Positions 1 through 18,118 of a DNA stretch of 64,000 nt are shown in pieces. Within the stretch, counting starts at the first letter, position 1, and each line of letters starts with the position of its first letter. This DNA comes from Paragordius varius. Taxonomy: Eukaryota; Animalia; Nematomorpha. The position numbers and the translations under genes were made by a program. The stretch is from NCBI GenBank assembly GCA_964247055.1, contig OZ176053.1, positions 3,410,001 through 3,474,000 of the forward strand, written 5' to 3'. Below the pieces are notes generated by a model, which saw nothing but the letters and a program-made list of their open reading frames with translations, had not been told where the DNA came from and ran no database searches.

Positions 1-123
1 TATTAAAGTGTATTAAGAATTTGTATTTAATACCTGATAAGTTATTTTTATGATTGTTTTAAAAAATATATATATTTTAATTTTCACTGTTTGTATATTT
101 TCATTTTTAAAAATTAATGGAAC

Positions 124-1106
124 CTGAGGATATCGCCTCCCAATCATCTTCATTTTCATCTTGATCGTCTTTATTATTTAAAAGTTTTTCATAAATTTCC
201 TCCACTTCGGGAAAAATATCTAAAAAAACATAAAATTAATTTATTTAAAATTATACAAAATGAGTTGTAAAAAATGTTGATTAACAATTTTGGTATTTTA
301 CTTGGAGAAGAGACAGGACTGACCGGAGTCCATGAATGGTATTGATTGACTTCACTGAAAGTAACACTCTTTCTTGGTTCTATTTATATATAAACATTTG
401 TATATTTTATAAAATATTTATATTATTTTTTTGTATGGTAATATATTGTTGATAATATTAGATTTTAAAATTTCACTTGGCTCAGAAGGTACATCGGGAT
501 GAATTTCCAATCTTTCCCCTTCGTTCTTTTTCTTAAAACAGCAAGAAGATATGCGGCACAGATATCTCCAGCCTGTGATATTAATTATACTTTATGGTTA
601 TAAAGAAAATGAAAATACTGACTTGGAAATTTGAGTGATATAAATAACTGAATTTCGGTCAATGTTAGTAATCAAAATATATATAAAATGATGATTGCCA
701 TCATTTACCCTAAAACTTTTATTGTGGTCAATAAATATTGTCAAGCCAACTTTAACCAAAGAACCAAGTTATTGAAAGTATAAATTTTAGATTTAGTAAA
801 ACCAAAGCTAATTAAACATAGATATAATTGTAAGTTGGCAATAACAGTGTACATTAACAAATCTGTGTTATAAGTTATGTTTTAAACGTCAATCTAAAAT
901 TTTATTCAATTATTTTATTTTTTATTTTCATTTATATCAAAAAGGTTAGATGTATTTAACGAAATATCATTAATATATATTATGAATTTGCTGATTTTTA
1001 TGGAAAATTATGAAAAAAAATGTTATATGTGCATACCCTGACTCTTTTCTTGGGTTTCGCCACCATTTGTCGTTTTAACAGCGAATATCCTTGAAAAAAA
1101 TTTCAT
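124..1106 (-). CDS. Unassigned small-protein family, copy 1 (exons 1-4; the rest runs off the window start)
   Basis: Minus-strand exons 1106-1037, 572-477, 379-302 and 219-124, all GT-AG with phase-1 junctions. Reads MKFFSRIFAVKTTNGGETQEKSQG-WRYLCRISSCCFKKKNEGERLEIHPDVPSEP-KPRKSVTFSEVNQYHSWTPVSPVSSP-NIFPEVEEIYEKLLNNKDDQDENEDDWEAISS. Matches copies 2 and 3 exon for exon, with one in-frame codon deletion in exon 2. Confidence 0.8.
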
Positions 1107-1855
1107 TAAATGATAATGAATGTTTGTTTTTAAAAAAATTTTTTTGTTAAATAGCAAAGCGAGAGTTTTACAAAGTGATTGTTGCTAAATAGAATACATC
1201 TATAGGCTTAGGCATTATGAGACTTTAAAAAGTGATTGTTGTTATATAAAATGTATTATAAGTATATAAAGTGATAAAGTTTTTTTTATAATTATAAACT
1301 CTCAATAATAACCAAATTCGATTATGCATTCGCTAAAATATAAACGCGCATTTAAATATTGGATTTTAAAGGGTAAAAATATTGGTGTCTAAAATATATT
1401 ATCTTCTCTATAAAGTTAATGAGCATTTAAGAAAAATAAAAAATTATTTTAAAATAATCCATAATAATCTTTAAAAATTTTTACATTTTATAGGCCATGT
1501 GATGTTTGAAAAGGGACTTTAACACTTAAACTTGCCTTGGCTAAGTTCTATGTTTTAATCACAAATACAACAATGAAAATATTTTAGGACATAATAAATC
1601 TATATCAAAATATACTTGGTTTTTTCCGTCGATCTTTTTATCGGAATTAAAAAATGATTAAAAGCGACCTATGACAGGCAAGTCGTGTATCATTCATCTA
1701 TTTTATCATTTTTAACCCCTTTGTATTTAATATATACTTAATATAAATATTATTTTTTAGTCATTAAGAAACCAGATAATTAATTAATATCCTAAAAATC
1801 TTACATATTTATAAGATTATAACAACACGCGATTAAAAAACATCAAAGTTTTTTG

Positions 1856-2538
1856 CAGGGCTTGAAACCGTAACCCCAACCGTGGGATTTTGACAAGAAC
1901 CGGTTCCATTGGGATGGAACCAACGCGGTTCCGGTTCCACCCCCTTAATTACTGGTTCCCATATGATTTTTATTAAAAAAATTTATTTTATTATTTAAAT
2001 TTGATTGTACCACTACATATTAAATACTTCAAACTTCAAACCTAAAACTAAGCCCCTAATATTATATTAGCGATACTTTCAGAATTTTGGGCGATTCGGC
2101 TTTTTTTTAAAAAACTAATAGTCATAACTCAAGTTAATTTATAATACACATGTTAGTTTGTATTTGTCTCTGATGAAAGATTTTTAACCCTTAATTTATT
2201 TTCAGACCTGAGAAGCAGTTTGACCAGCAAATTGTTTGGTGCAAAAATTTTTAAAGTTAAATAAAGATTTTAGATGCCATACTTAATTTAACACTCATGA
2301 TATACCTTTGTACTTATACATTTCCCTATTATATTTTTATAATTGTTTCATTAAATTATGCTACACTATATTTCTTACACTCTACAAATTTATAATATAT
2401 TGTTTGATTTATAATTGTTAATATTTTGGTTGTATTATTATTATGATAATTTTGTAAGAAAATCATTTAATCTAAAGTCAGGAACCGAAAACGCTAAATT
2501 AAGGAACCAACGCGGTTCCGGTTCCACTTTTAGCCTTG
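1856..2538. mobile_element. Non-autonomous hAT-like element (MITE)
   Basis: Ends are CAGGGCT...AGCCTTG. The 8-bp flanks GTTTTTTG and GTTTTTGG match at 7/8 positions (TSD). The motif GGAACCAACGCGGTTCCGGTTCCAC occurs near both ends. Confidence 0.6.
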
Positions 2539-2740
2539 GTTTTTGGGCTAAATAAAATTTTCATTAAAAACATTTTTAATAATTTTGTTAAATTTGAAAT
2601 TAGTTTTAAACAAAAAAGTGATTTTTGAATAATAAAGTTTATTTTTTAATGAATAAATACATTATAAATAAAGAATATGACGTTAAAAAATAATAAAATA
2701 AATGCAAAAATTATGGTTAAATCCAAACTTAAAAAATTTT

Positions 2741-2879
2741 AGGACCAACCTGAAGTGTTCAAGGACCAATTTGAAGTGTTCAAGGACCAACTAGAAATGT
2801 TCAAAGACCAACTTGAAGTGTTCAAGGACCAGATTGAATTGTTCAAGGACCAACTTGAAGACTCTTGAAGTGAAAATGG
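2741..2879. repeat. 21-bp tandem array (about 5.7 units), probably one end of the Tc1/IS630-family element seen at 26311
   Basis: Unit AGGACCAACTTGAAGTGTTCA; the array ends GTGAAAATGG|TA. The unit is about 16/21 identical to the reverse complement of the 26320-26450 repeat unit. Confidence 0.65.
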
Positions 2880-5114
2880 TATATATAATAATTCAATCAA
2901 TTATATAATAAGTTTTTGTCTTTAACCGTTGTTTTATCGAATTATTTTACAAAATATTTTATTTTAAGCCTCATAATTGTTAAATATTTTTTAAAATTTG
3001 ACTAATTTAATATATAAATATATAAAAAGTGGAAGGATGGTTTAAACATAATCGGAATATATTTGGCTTAAGACCAAATTAATTTTATTTGTTATTTTTT
3101 GTCATTTTCTCAAATACATGTAGGGTATGCCCGTTTAACTGAAATATATATATATTTTATTCTGTAGAAGAGCCGATCACAGTGCCTTTTTTGAATTAGC
3201 ACGAGTGTTCAGCCCCTCCTTCAATTTTTAAAAAATAAAAAATCACAATTTTATCAGGAAGCTAAGGGTAACATTTGAGCCCATCGAAATCATCAACTAA
3301 ATCTTGCAACTTCCGATAATGGCTGAGTCAATCTTATTCCTGTGTTCAGCCCTAAAGGGATCGCAAAATACAAAGATTTAGGGCAATTTTCAATCGAAAA
3401 ACCTCGTAAACATTGGTCGAGAATGTGTAAAAAACCAAGCGAGGTGACCTATTTTAACTTTACAATCTAGGTATTTCTAAAAAGTAAACTCTTGGCTTTG
3501 AAACAAGTTTAATAAAAGGTGTGGGCCCTTTCTCATTCATACACATTAGATGTAAGAGTTTCGTTTAAACTGAAGTCGCAAAAACCGTGTTTTTGGATGA
3601 TTTTTTCGGGGAACCCATAAACGCATTAATATTAAATTGCGTCCATTGACTTTTTAAATATCATATTAAATTGAGCGTCTTTTATAATTTCACTGCACCC
3701 CACACCTTAAAACTTTTAAAAATATGTGTAAATTAAAGTAATTTGTTTGACTGTTATGATATTGAATGCAAATAAAATAAATTTTGAGCAGAAGAGCAAA
3801 TATACATTTGCTAATTAAAACAAATCAATAAAATTATTAACAGTTTAAATGGTAACTATTGGATCTCTTGAAAATATTATAATATAATAAATATTCTTTG
3901 CTTTTAAAATAAAATTTATTATATAAGGGTACCTACTTTATTGTTGTCCAATTGTTAAACTAGAGTATGCTCTATAAAAGAGTTTGTTCATAATAAAATA
4001 ACCAATTTAATGTTTTAGTATAAAAAAAACTAATTAATTTCAACCATTTGTCCGTTACAAATGCGCTATAATATTGGTAATTGGCCAAAAATAATGCATT
4101 ATGGCCCACAACAAAGTGGTGATTGTATTAAATAAAATTATTAGAATCACTAAACATTTTGCATAATGCGGCTAATTTTGCGATTTTTAAAGTCGGAACG
4201 ATTACAATAAAAAACAATATCTTACTTAATACTTAGGTTCGAATTGGGCTGTATACCAAAAATAATTTATGGACGGTCTCAAATGCTAATATCTTAAAAA
4301 CAAAAATCAACTATTTCGCCGCTTTTTTAACTTTATCTGTTAAATTTTAAATACATAAGAATTTATTGGGATAGAAGGGAAAAACGGTTAAATTAGCAAA
4401 GTTTTTATATTTAACTCATGGTCCATTAATATCGAAATTTTTTATTTAGTAAAAGTTTAATAAGAATTATTTGGATAAGTTTTTTATATATATGTGCATT
4501 AGTGTCAGTATGCAAACTTTTGAAAATAGTCATGTGTTACATCAAGGTGTATCAAGAAAAGTGTGTAGCAGACCCACGTCGCCACTGTCCACAAAAGACG
4601 TCCCTTGCTGCCCTTCCAAACACCAGTCAATGGTGGTTCAGTGACAGCCGTCTAGCTGCGTCGGGGGTCGGGTTGACTTCTAGGGATATAATGATAAGTT
4701 TATATAAAGACTATGAAATAAAATGAAAATACATTTGGAATTTAAAAGTAAAATAAATATAATTGATTATATCCTATACATCTATACTAATAGTTAATAT
4801 AGCTAGTATTCTTTAAAATATAAAGTATGGAAATTCTAGCTTAATTCAACCTAGTGTATATTTATTATACTGTACATTTGTAATTTATTTGGTTTTAAAG
4901 GACTGGGCTTGTTAACGATGATACTTTCTATCGATCGAAACAAAGAACTAAATTTTTAGTCAGTCAAATATCTTATATAACCAAAACCAGCACCATCCAT
5001 ACATTCCTGCGATATATATTTTATAAGGATTTTTTGCGTGTAAAGATTTCACGGGTAATGAGGTGGTATTTAAGATCATATTGTTTACAGTGTTGAGTTC
5101 GACGCCTGGGCAAC

Positions 5115-8100
5115 ATGCGAAAAATAATACCCGTTTTGAGACAATTTAAATTTATTTTCCGAACATATAAAAATGTTTCCATATATCACACATTTTATTG
5201 CCAAAATTTACTATTGCAGCAAGTTAGCTCCCACCAAGGTTATGCATTCAGGCATTTTGGTTTTTTCTTTCTCTCTAAATTTAAGCTACATCTAATATGC
5301 CTCCGCACACTAAAGTAACACTTCCAGCTCTATCACCAACCATGGAAAAGGGAACATTGGCCAAATGGGAAAAGAATGAAGGCGATGATGTCCATGAAGG
5401 TGATTTGCTTGCCGAGATTGAAACAGATAAAGCTACTGTTGGCTTGGAAGCAAGTGAAGAAGGTTATGTTGCAAAAATTTTAATTCCCGCCGGCACCAAA
5501 GATATTCCGTTGGGAAAGGTTTTAATTATTTTATTCTGGCTTGGTATTTAGAGCATAAGTAAATCTTTTAAATTATAATATTTTAAATCATAAATTCTTA
5601 GCTTTTGTGCATAGTTGTGGCTGATAAAAATGATATTGAAGCCTTTAAAAACTACAAAGTTGAGGATGATGGTGCTCAGTCCCAAGCCCCTGCAACTTCT
5701 GGTGTATCGAGTCCATCCGAATCACATGCCCAAGGTTTTGTTCATATAGTTTTAGCGTTCTTTAACGGTTTTTAAAACAAAACACATTTTATTCAAGAAT
5801 AGAAACTAAAAAACTTTTTATGGAAGATGTTATAGTCATATAAGTTAATCAGTTTATTTTATATTGTCATTGAATACTATATTCAATGAATTACCGGTAG
5901 AAACTACTTGCAATCTCCCATGTTTTCTGATAAAGCTTTGCCATATATTGGTTTTAATATTAATTTTTATCATTTTGAACGGGCTTCAATTTTTAGTTTA
6001 TTTTAAATTTATACCTTCCCTTTTTATGCATTCCCAGATACAGAAAAACATGTGCCATCAACAACAGAAACCCACGGGCAAGAAAGCAAAAAGATTCAAG
6101 ATATGACTTCTTTGCATTATCAGACCTCCCATCAATCTGTAGTTCCTGAGGCGGGGGGCGCCACCCCCTTTGCTAAAGCATTAGCGGCCCAATCTGGAAT
6201 CTCTTTGAGCGTAATCATATTTTTGCATAATTTTAAAAAATCATTACATGCCAGTAAGTTTGTTTTTGGGCAGGACAAATCATTTAATATATGATTTTAA
6301 AAATTATGATAATGTTTTTTATTACATCTTTAGAAATACATGATGTGTAATAAGAACAAATTTTTTTCATTGCAGAATTGTGAAAAAAATGCATATGCAT
6401 AGTATAGAAAACATCCAAATCTCAGTTAGTTTATTACGTTGATTTAATAAACACCAAATAGGAATTAATCTAAAATCGTAAATTTGGGTCTACAACAACC
6501 ACTTGTTTTTATTGTAATCAAACGCTTTTTCTTAAAGCATTGGCGGCCTTACTGAAATTTTATTATGATCATCCATTATTGTTAAATATTAAATTAAAAA
6601 CTGTTAATTAATAGTCAATTATTTCCTTAAAAATACCATATTTCAATATGACTTTGTTCTATTTTATATCACATAAATCTACTAAATTTAGTATTTAAGC
6701 CCTTATAACAAAATTAAAACAACTGGAAGATTTTTTTGAAAATGACAAAGGGAAAATTCCCGAAATTCAATAATATTAATTTAAATATACGAAACATTTT
6801 TGAAACTTCGATTCAAATTGGCGTATCTAAATACCACAGACAATATTTGAATTGTTTTAAAAAACTATTGAAATAAACGGTCCCGATTTAAATTTATGCT
6901 TCTACCCTAATAAAAATTATATAAATAAGACAAAATATCTAAAGAAAATTTAGTCTTGGAAAAATATCTAACTACTTGGACGCCATTATATTTTACATTT
7001 TTGCAAAATATCGTGTCTTTTTGATTTTAACCCTGAAATTAAGTTTGTTTGTTTATTAAAATCAGAATTAACATTGATATAACAGAAAAAAAATGGTATA
7101 TATTGCATTATTTTTGTATTTAACTTATGCACACATTTCATGTTGGCTAAATTTTTACCTTTGGGTTTTAACTCCGTCTAAGTATGAAGTATTTTTGAAT
7201 GAATTTCTTTTTAAATTTTGGTTAATTAATGTTATTAAGTGCAATCTTTTCCCATGATTTCAATTTATTTCCTATTTTTTGAGATATTTTTTTTAAACAA
7301 GCCTGGGGTATCTAACTACTCCAATTCGAACCGAAGAACTGAAATGAATGCGTTGTATCCAAGTGTTAATACTATGCCATATTTCTCGCTAGTAAAAGTT
7401 CAAGTCATGAAACAGAATTTTAAGATCCTAAACCGGTGGTAGGTTGATTTTTAAACAAACGGTTGAAATCAGAAATTGTTTTTAATTAGTTCCATGTATC
7501 ACACAACTTCTCTGGGACCCCTTAATATAAAATATCCCAAAATCGTTTTTATTGCTTTGGTTTCAGGCCATTTTAAAAACACAAGTATAATCCATGTTTT
7601 TTTATTATTTAATTAGAATCTAAGTGGCAGTGGTCAATTTGGCGCTATAACCGGTGCAGATATTCTGAAACAACAAAGTCAACAAGGTCATGTCCAAAGT
7701 TTCGGATCTGATGAACAAAAGCAATCAATGATTTCTCGTCCGGCAATAAATGTTCCCCCTCATCAATCCTATAATGACCTTGAATTGACAAATATGCGAC
7801 AAGTAAAATTCAAGTCATATATCTTATGTTTTTTGACAAATGTATAAACAAAAATAATGTTTTTTTACCAAGATTAATTTCCCGAAGCAAATATATTGCG
7901 AATGATTTAGTAGTGTTCAAAAAATATTTTAAATATTTATCACAATATTGATATATATGCCAATTTTAGATGAATCCTAAAATCAATGAAATCGAATCTC
8001 AATTAATTACTTTACTTTACGTTTTTATGTTATCTTTTTTACAGACTATTGCTAAAAGATTGTTGCATTCAAAACAATCGATACCCCATTATTACTTAAC

Positions 8101-10996
8101 CATGGAGATTGATATGACACAAATTGAAAAGTATTATTATTAGCAAATGTTTGCCTTTTATAGATAGATAGATAGCTGTTATCAAGGGGTCCCTTGGCAT
8201 CTCGTCGCGACGGGGTTTAGGTGTTCATTATGATCCTTTTTAAAATATATAAAAAATAAAAATTTTGAAAACTTATTTAACACTACAACTTATACAATAT
8301 TATCATCAACAATGATCTTTAAATTAAAGCAGCTGAATTGAGATAGGTTTTTTTGTTTTTCGATTGCTTCTATTTCTGCATCTTCTTTACTGTTTATCAT
8401 AATAAATGAGGAGATTACAAAGAACATTCGCAGGGGTTTACCCTTGGAACTGCTTTTTGCAGATGACCTTATAATGGATTCAACTGAAGATGGCCTTTTT
8501 CTATCTATTGATATTGAATATTATATAATTATCAGTAGATAATGATTAAAAATATTTTTTTTATCGTTTTATAAAATGGGGTTCTATATTACTTACAAAC
8601 AAGTAATTTTAATAGAAAATGTTCTTAACTTTGAACGACTATAATATACAACTGTGTGGTTACAAATCTGAAAAATAATAATGCATTGCTCAGAATGATT
8701 TAATTAGTTTATACACTTGTATAAAAATCTCATGTAGTTGTTTTAAATTATTTAAATTATTAAATGGTTATACATTCCATATAGAGCCCGTAATCAATTT
8801 AATCAAATGTACGCCAAAGAAAATAGCAATGAACCGCAAGGTCCACAAACGATTAAACTTTCTGTTAATGATTTCATTATAAAGGCTTCGGCTCAAGCCT
8901 GTTTACATCACCGTGAATGCAATTCAGCTTGGATGGATACATTCATTAGACAGTATATTTTAGTTTACTTTACTTTTTGTTTCTAATCAAAAAATATGGT
9001 TAAAAATTTTTATTGTATGTGTGAAAAAATAAAAACTATAAGGGACTTTTAACCTGATTGTATTCTTATTAATTCTTTAATAATCTTTTGTCAAAATTTT
9101 TGGTGTTTTAAATTAGGTTAAGGTTTTGACCAAATGACTAATGCTTTCCGTTAATTACAGTTTTCAATCATAACCAATTATTAAAATTTGATAGCGTTAA
9201 TTCGTAACGAAAAAAATTCAATTTTATTTAACAAATATTTGAAAAAATATACAAATATTTTAATTGCATTTTATCACAATATTTTATTCTATAATCATAA
9301 TATCTTAAACTTATATTCAAGCATTCTGACTGGCTATATTTTCAGACTGCCTTAGTTACGACTTATTTTACCCGAAATGTTTAATATAAAAAATAAAATA
9401 GTTTAGGTGTATTATTTTTGCATTGATAATGTTTAAATTTTATAAAAAGTTGTGGTATATTGCTCAAATAATAAATTATTAACTTATTTTATTATTTAAA
9501 TAGATTCAATAACGTTGATGTGAGTGTGGCTGTTAGCACTCCTGCTGGTCTCATTACACCAATCATTTTTAATGTGGAATCAAAGGTTTTCTTAAAAAAA
9601 ACATTTCATTCAAAAATTTCAATTGATTGAAAAAATGTATTTTTTGCAAAAAGGCAAATATAATGGTTTGTCAATTAAATAAATATTAATTTTTATAATC
9701 CATTTTTAGGGTTTAAAAACCATTAGTATGGAAATGAAAGAATTGGCTCAGCGGGCTCGGCAAAATAAATTAAAACCACAAGAATTCCAGGTATTTCCAA
9801 TAAGGGTGTTTTTGATTAGCTAATAATATTCCACAACTTTTTAGTATATTTTTTTTAAAACAATAATTAATATCGGAAATGGCTTATTCGATTATCTTGC
9901 AACCATAGGTAATTTTGAATTATATTAATTATGTATTATATATGTGGTTCTTATACGTAGGGTGGAACCTTTACCGTCTCCAATTTGGGTATGTTTGGAA
10001 TTGATCAATTCACTGCCATAATAAATCCGCCTCAATCATGCATTTTATCCATTGGATCGACGCAAAAACGAATCGTGGAAGATAAATATTCACAACAAGG
10101 GTATATATATTTTTGTTTAGTATTTAAAATTTCACAAGGGTAAACAATTAGCATTAAAAATATCTTAAATTCATATAAAAAATAATTTATTAAACGATTA
10201 CTGGTTAAAATGTTGTTTCATTTCATGTTATAGAAAAATTTTTTAATTGTAGCAATATATATATATATATATATAACATTTGGTTATTCTTTCGCTTAAA
10301 TATGTACAATTACACAATAAATTATACTTGCTTCTCGAAAAAATCTGAAGACATAATATAGAGTATGCATATTAATGGTTGCTTATTTTACATTATTATA
10401 GTAGTGTATGGAAAAACGACAAAATGTTGAATAAACAATCTTTTCTTTTTTCGATACACTACTGTGTTGCAAATGCCCTACTATAGTGTGAAATAAGCTA
10501 CCATTAAAATGCATACTGTAAAAAGCGCATGAGAGGATCAAGGTATATGTGTAAGTACACAATGGAATGTTTGTTTTTATAAAACATTTAGTTATTTTTC
10601 ATCCAAAAAATTACTCCAATTATTGATAAATAATGGAATGTGTATATACCAAATCGAAAAATGATCAATTATTATTTTTTTTCGAACACTCTATTATACC
10701 TCTCTTGTATGCTTTTTTTATTAAAATATTTTCTTTATATATAGTATATATGTTTTTTCTTTATTAACGCACTAAAAAAGCCTTGTAACCAATGATTATT
10801 TGTACATACCTTAAAATCAAATTTTTATCAGTTATTGCCATTTAATATTATAAATAACATATGCAGGTTTAAAGTTATACCATCGATGAAAGTAACGCTT
10901 GGTTGTGATCACCGTGTGGTTGATGGTGCCATAGGGGCTCAATGGTTAAAATACTTCAAGAGCATTATGGAAGATCCACTTCATATGTTATTATGA
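5115..10996 (+). CDS. DLAT: Dihydrolipoamide S-acetyltransferase (pyruvate dehydrogenase E2), mitochondrial, single lipoyl domain
   Basis: Exons about 5115-5238, 5286-5518, 5602-5734, 6038-6210, 7617-7802, 8046-8130, 8785-8952, 9504-9585, 9709-9790, 9961-10100 and 10867-10996, in continuous frame. Shows a basic transit-peptide-like N-terminus, lipoyl motif EIETDKA, subunit-binding region [22 protein letters not shown] and catalytic DHRVVDG, ending EDPLHMLL*. Confidence 0.95.
6930..7380. repeat. Dispersed repeat in DLAT intron 4, with a second copy at about 57190-57600
   Basis: Shared collinear blocks include AACTACTTGGACGCCATT, GGGGTATCTAA..CCAATT.GAA and TCCAAGTGTTAA. Confidence 0.6.
8405..8495 (+). 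mobile_element. Non-LTR retrotransposon (RTE-like) reverse transcriptase fragment in a DLAT intron
   Basis: Translates [28 protein letters not shown], containing the (Y/F)ADD RT catalytic motif. Confidence 0.7.
10361..10518. mobile_element. Tc1/mariner-type MITE in DLAT intron 10
   Basis: Long TIRs AGTATGCAT.TTAATGGT.GCTTATTT.ACA...GCATACTG with TA flanks. A sister copy in opposite orientation lies at 18842-19026. Confidence 0.7.
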
Positions 10997-11549
10997 TGTG
11001 ATTATTGCATTTTAGATTTAAATTAAATTTTGCATTACTTTTGAGACGTTATATAAGAGACTCTATCATTTTTTCTATTTTTATTTTAATTAATTTAGCA
11101 AATTTTATACATACAATCATTTAATTATATCAAAGGGTCTGTTTTTTCACATTCAAATAACATAAGTGGCAATTATATAATAATTTTGTGGTTGTTTCTA
11201 ATCAATATATTACTAGTAATAAATTTGTGTAATAATAATCATTAATAAATTGCAATATTTTTATGTTGATGCTTGTGAATATATATAAAACGCATTTACA
11301 TACATGGTTAATTTTGAGTTTAAAATAATTTAATATTTTTACAATAATCACATAATTAATAAATACTACAATGATATATCACAATAATTTTGAGGAATTA
11401 AAATAGGATTGTTAATTGTCATCACATTGCATTGCAGTTGATTTAAAGATGGTCTAATAAGTTTTTAGTCATTTTTTTGTGCATGAAAGAATTGTAACTA
11501 ATAAACTAAGTAGTGTTTTTTGTCTATAGCTAATAATGCAAACAATGAT

Positions 11550-13730
11550 TTAAATGTGTTCCCTTTTAAGTTTTAACAAGGCTTTCATTTGCCGTGCTAA
11601 TTTATCTCTAGCCGTCTGTATGCCAGATAATGGAATGAGTTTTTGAAGTTGATTGGATATTTTATGGGAGGTTGTGCCTTCATAAAGCTTAGGGCGTTCG
11701 AATGTATCACTAACTTGTTTGATAGTTTTACTGTATTTTTCACAATAATCATCCCAACCTACGAAATCACACATAATAATACCGATTCAATTTAGTATTA
11801 ACGCTTAAATTTTGTTAAAATGTAAATAACCAAGTGAGAATTCATTTTTATTTTTGGACATTTTTTCTGTTCTACTATTCAATTTTATCATTATTAAAAA
11901 ATTATTATCCAAAAATTCAAATGTTATAAGCAAAGTTTCATTTTAAGCGCGCTGGTTCAATAAATTTAATGCAAGTTTAAGCGTAAATATACATATAAAA
12001 ATGATTAAAATTTCCTAATCATTTAGAAAATGCAGTTAATATTTAAAATACCATTGGCATTAAGGTAGGCTATTTGAAAGGGGCCCAGAAAAGCCCAACG
12101 CAAACACAATCCATCAGACATAACTTTATCCACATCTTTAACCGTTAAAATGTCATTCTATCCATTTAGTTAAATAAATTTTAGAAAATATTTTGTCCAA
12201 TAAATATAATAGGGTATGGAGGATTATTACAACCAATTCGTTTTAAGATGTAGTTAAAAAATGGTAAAATATATGTTAAAATAATAATTAAAAAATTATT
12301 TTGGGGATGGCTATTCTTAACATTTCTTTATTTTTATATAATTTGTGGGATTACATTTATAGCGATACTAATTAAATTTTATTTTTTATCATCATGAAAT
12401 ATGTCGGCAATTAATTTAAGCGATTTCACAAAAAAAATAAAAATATTTGGTAGCTATAAGGTTAGAATACATATTAATTTTATTGTTAGAAGAGGTATTT
12501 TTTTATGCGCCACACAAAACATAAAATGCATATTATTAATTTAGGTTAATTTCATCAGTATATTGGAAAAAATTCTCATTAAATTTGTTCTGAAGTAAAA
12601 TTCACTTAAAAGGGAGTAAGTGTAGCTAATTATCAAACAAAAATTTAAAATCACAAATTATTGTAGTAATTAATTACATTGACCAAATTGTAACATTCAT
12701 TAAGGATGGCATATTGAAGTCGATTAACAATGAAACCGGGTATTTCTTTGTGCAAAACTATAGGTTCCTTTCCACATTGGCCTATAACATTTTTCATTGT
12801 GCCTACTACATCGGAGTCAGTCCATGGTGCTGGAACTATTTCCACGATAGGTACCACATTGATTGGATTAACCTATAATTACAATTGCTCTAAAACAAAA
12901 TATTGCTTTTTCATAAGAAAAATATATTTTAAATTGATCTAGAAAAATGGGCGCCCAAAATAATTATATAAAACAAATTTTCAAGGGCAAATTTAATATA
13001 AAAAAAGTTCTTTATATTTACATCATTTCTTTTAAACAACATATTTAAACGGATATTGACTAAAAGTTTGAAATTCTAAACTCCCAAAAAATCGATTTGG
13101 AAAATTAGAATTCATTTATTCTCTTTTCTAATATTTTTAAAAAGATGATACAAATAAATTTTTTTCTTGTATAAATTTATATATTTATTTTTAAAATTTC
13201 CAATGTATATTATTATAAAAAGAAATTGTTAAAAAATAAATATAGTTTGCTCTGTTATTACTGGATGACAAACTATCATTCGATTTTTATGCTTGAGATT
13301 TTGCGACAAAAGCGAAGGAAGCAATGTACTAGTAGATGAAGATAATATTTGATGAGATTGCATAATGGGATCCACCAATTCGTAAACACTGCGTTTAATT
13401 TCCAAACGTTCAGGTACACATTCCTAATATGATTACCAACAAAACAAAACTTGAATAATAAAAGCCCCTTGAATATGGACCTTGATATCAGTTTGTGGTA
13501 TTATGCGGCTCATTATTTCATCAACCTGAATATTGTCGTGAATTTTAGAAGCCTCTATCAAATCATGTTTAACATTTTCTATGCATTTGTTAATTTGTTC
13601 GGGTAAAGCATCATAAATGTGCACTATATATCCATTTAATGCGTACATTTCGGCATAAGATTTGCCAATTATACCACTAAAATTAGAGTACTTTATACCT
13701 CCCTATTATTGCAACTATTTTATTAGTCAT
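11550..13730 (-). CDS. CRYL1: Lambda-crystallin homolog / L-gulonate 3-dehydrogenase (3-hydroxyacyl-CoA dehydrogenase family)
   Basis: Exons 13730-13699, 13676-13451, 13423-13262, 12872-12678, about 12167-12052 and 11758-11550. Motifs: Rossmann IIGSGIIG, IQECVPE, ILSSSTS, HPVNP, VEIVPAPWT, PGFIVNRLQYAILNE, GLCLRWAFLGPF. Confidence 0.9.
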
Positions 13731-13791
13731 TCTGACCTTTGCTTAAACTCAATGCGTAAAATTCATGGATTCATAACATCAGAGGTAAAAC

Positions 13792-18118
<4,327 letters not shown>

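Noticed and set aside
4225-4260. GGTTCGAAT as a tRNA T-loop
   Set aside because: No cloverleaf, D-arm or acceptor stem can be built around it. I found no tRNA, rRNA or snRNA in the window.
5286-5734. Single lipoyl domain in DLAT as a novelty
   Set aside because: One-lipoyl E2 subunits are common in invertebrates and fungi.
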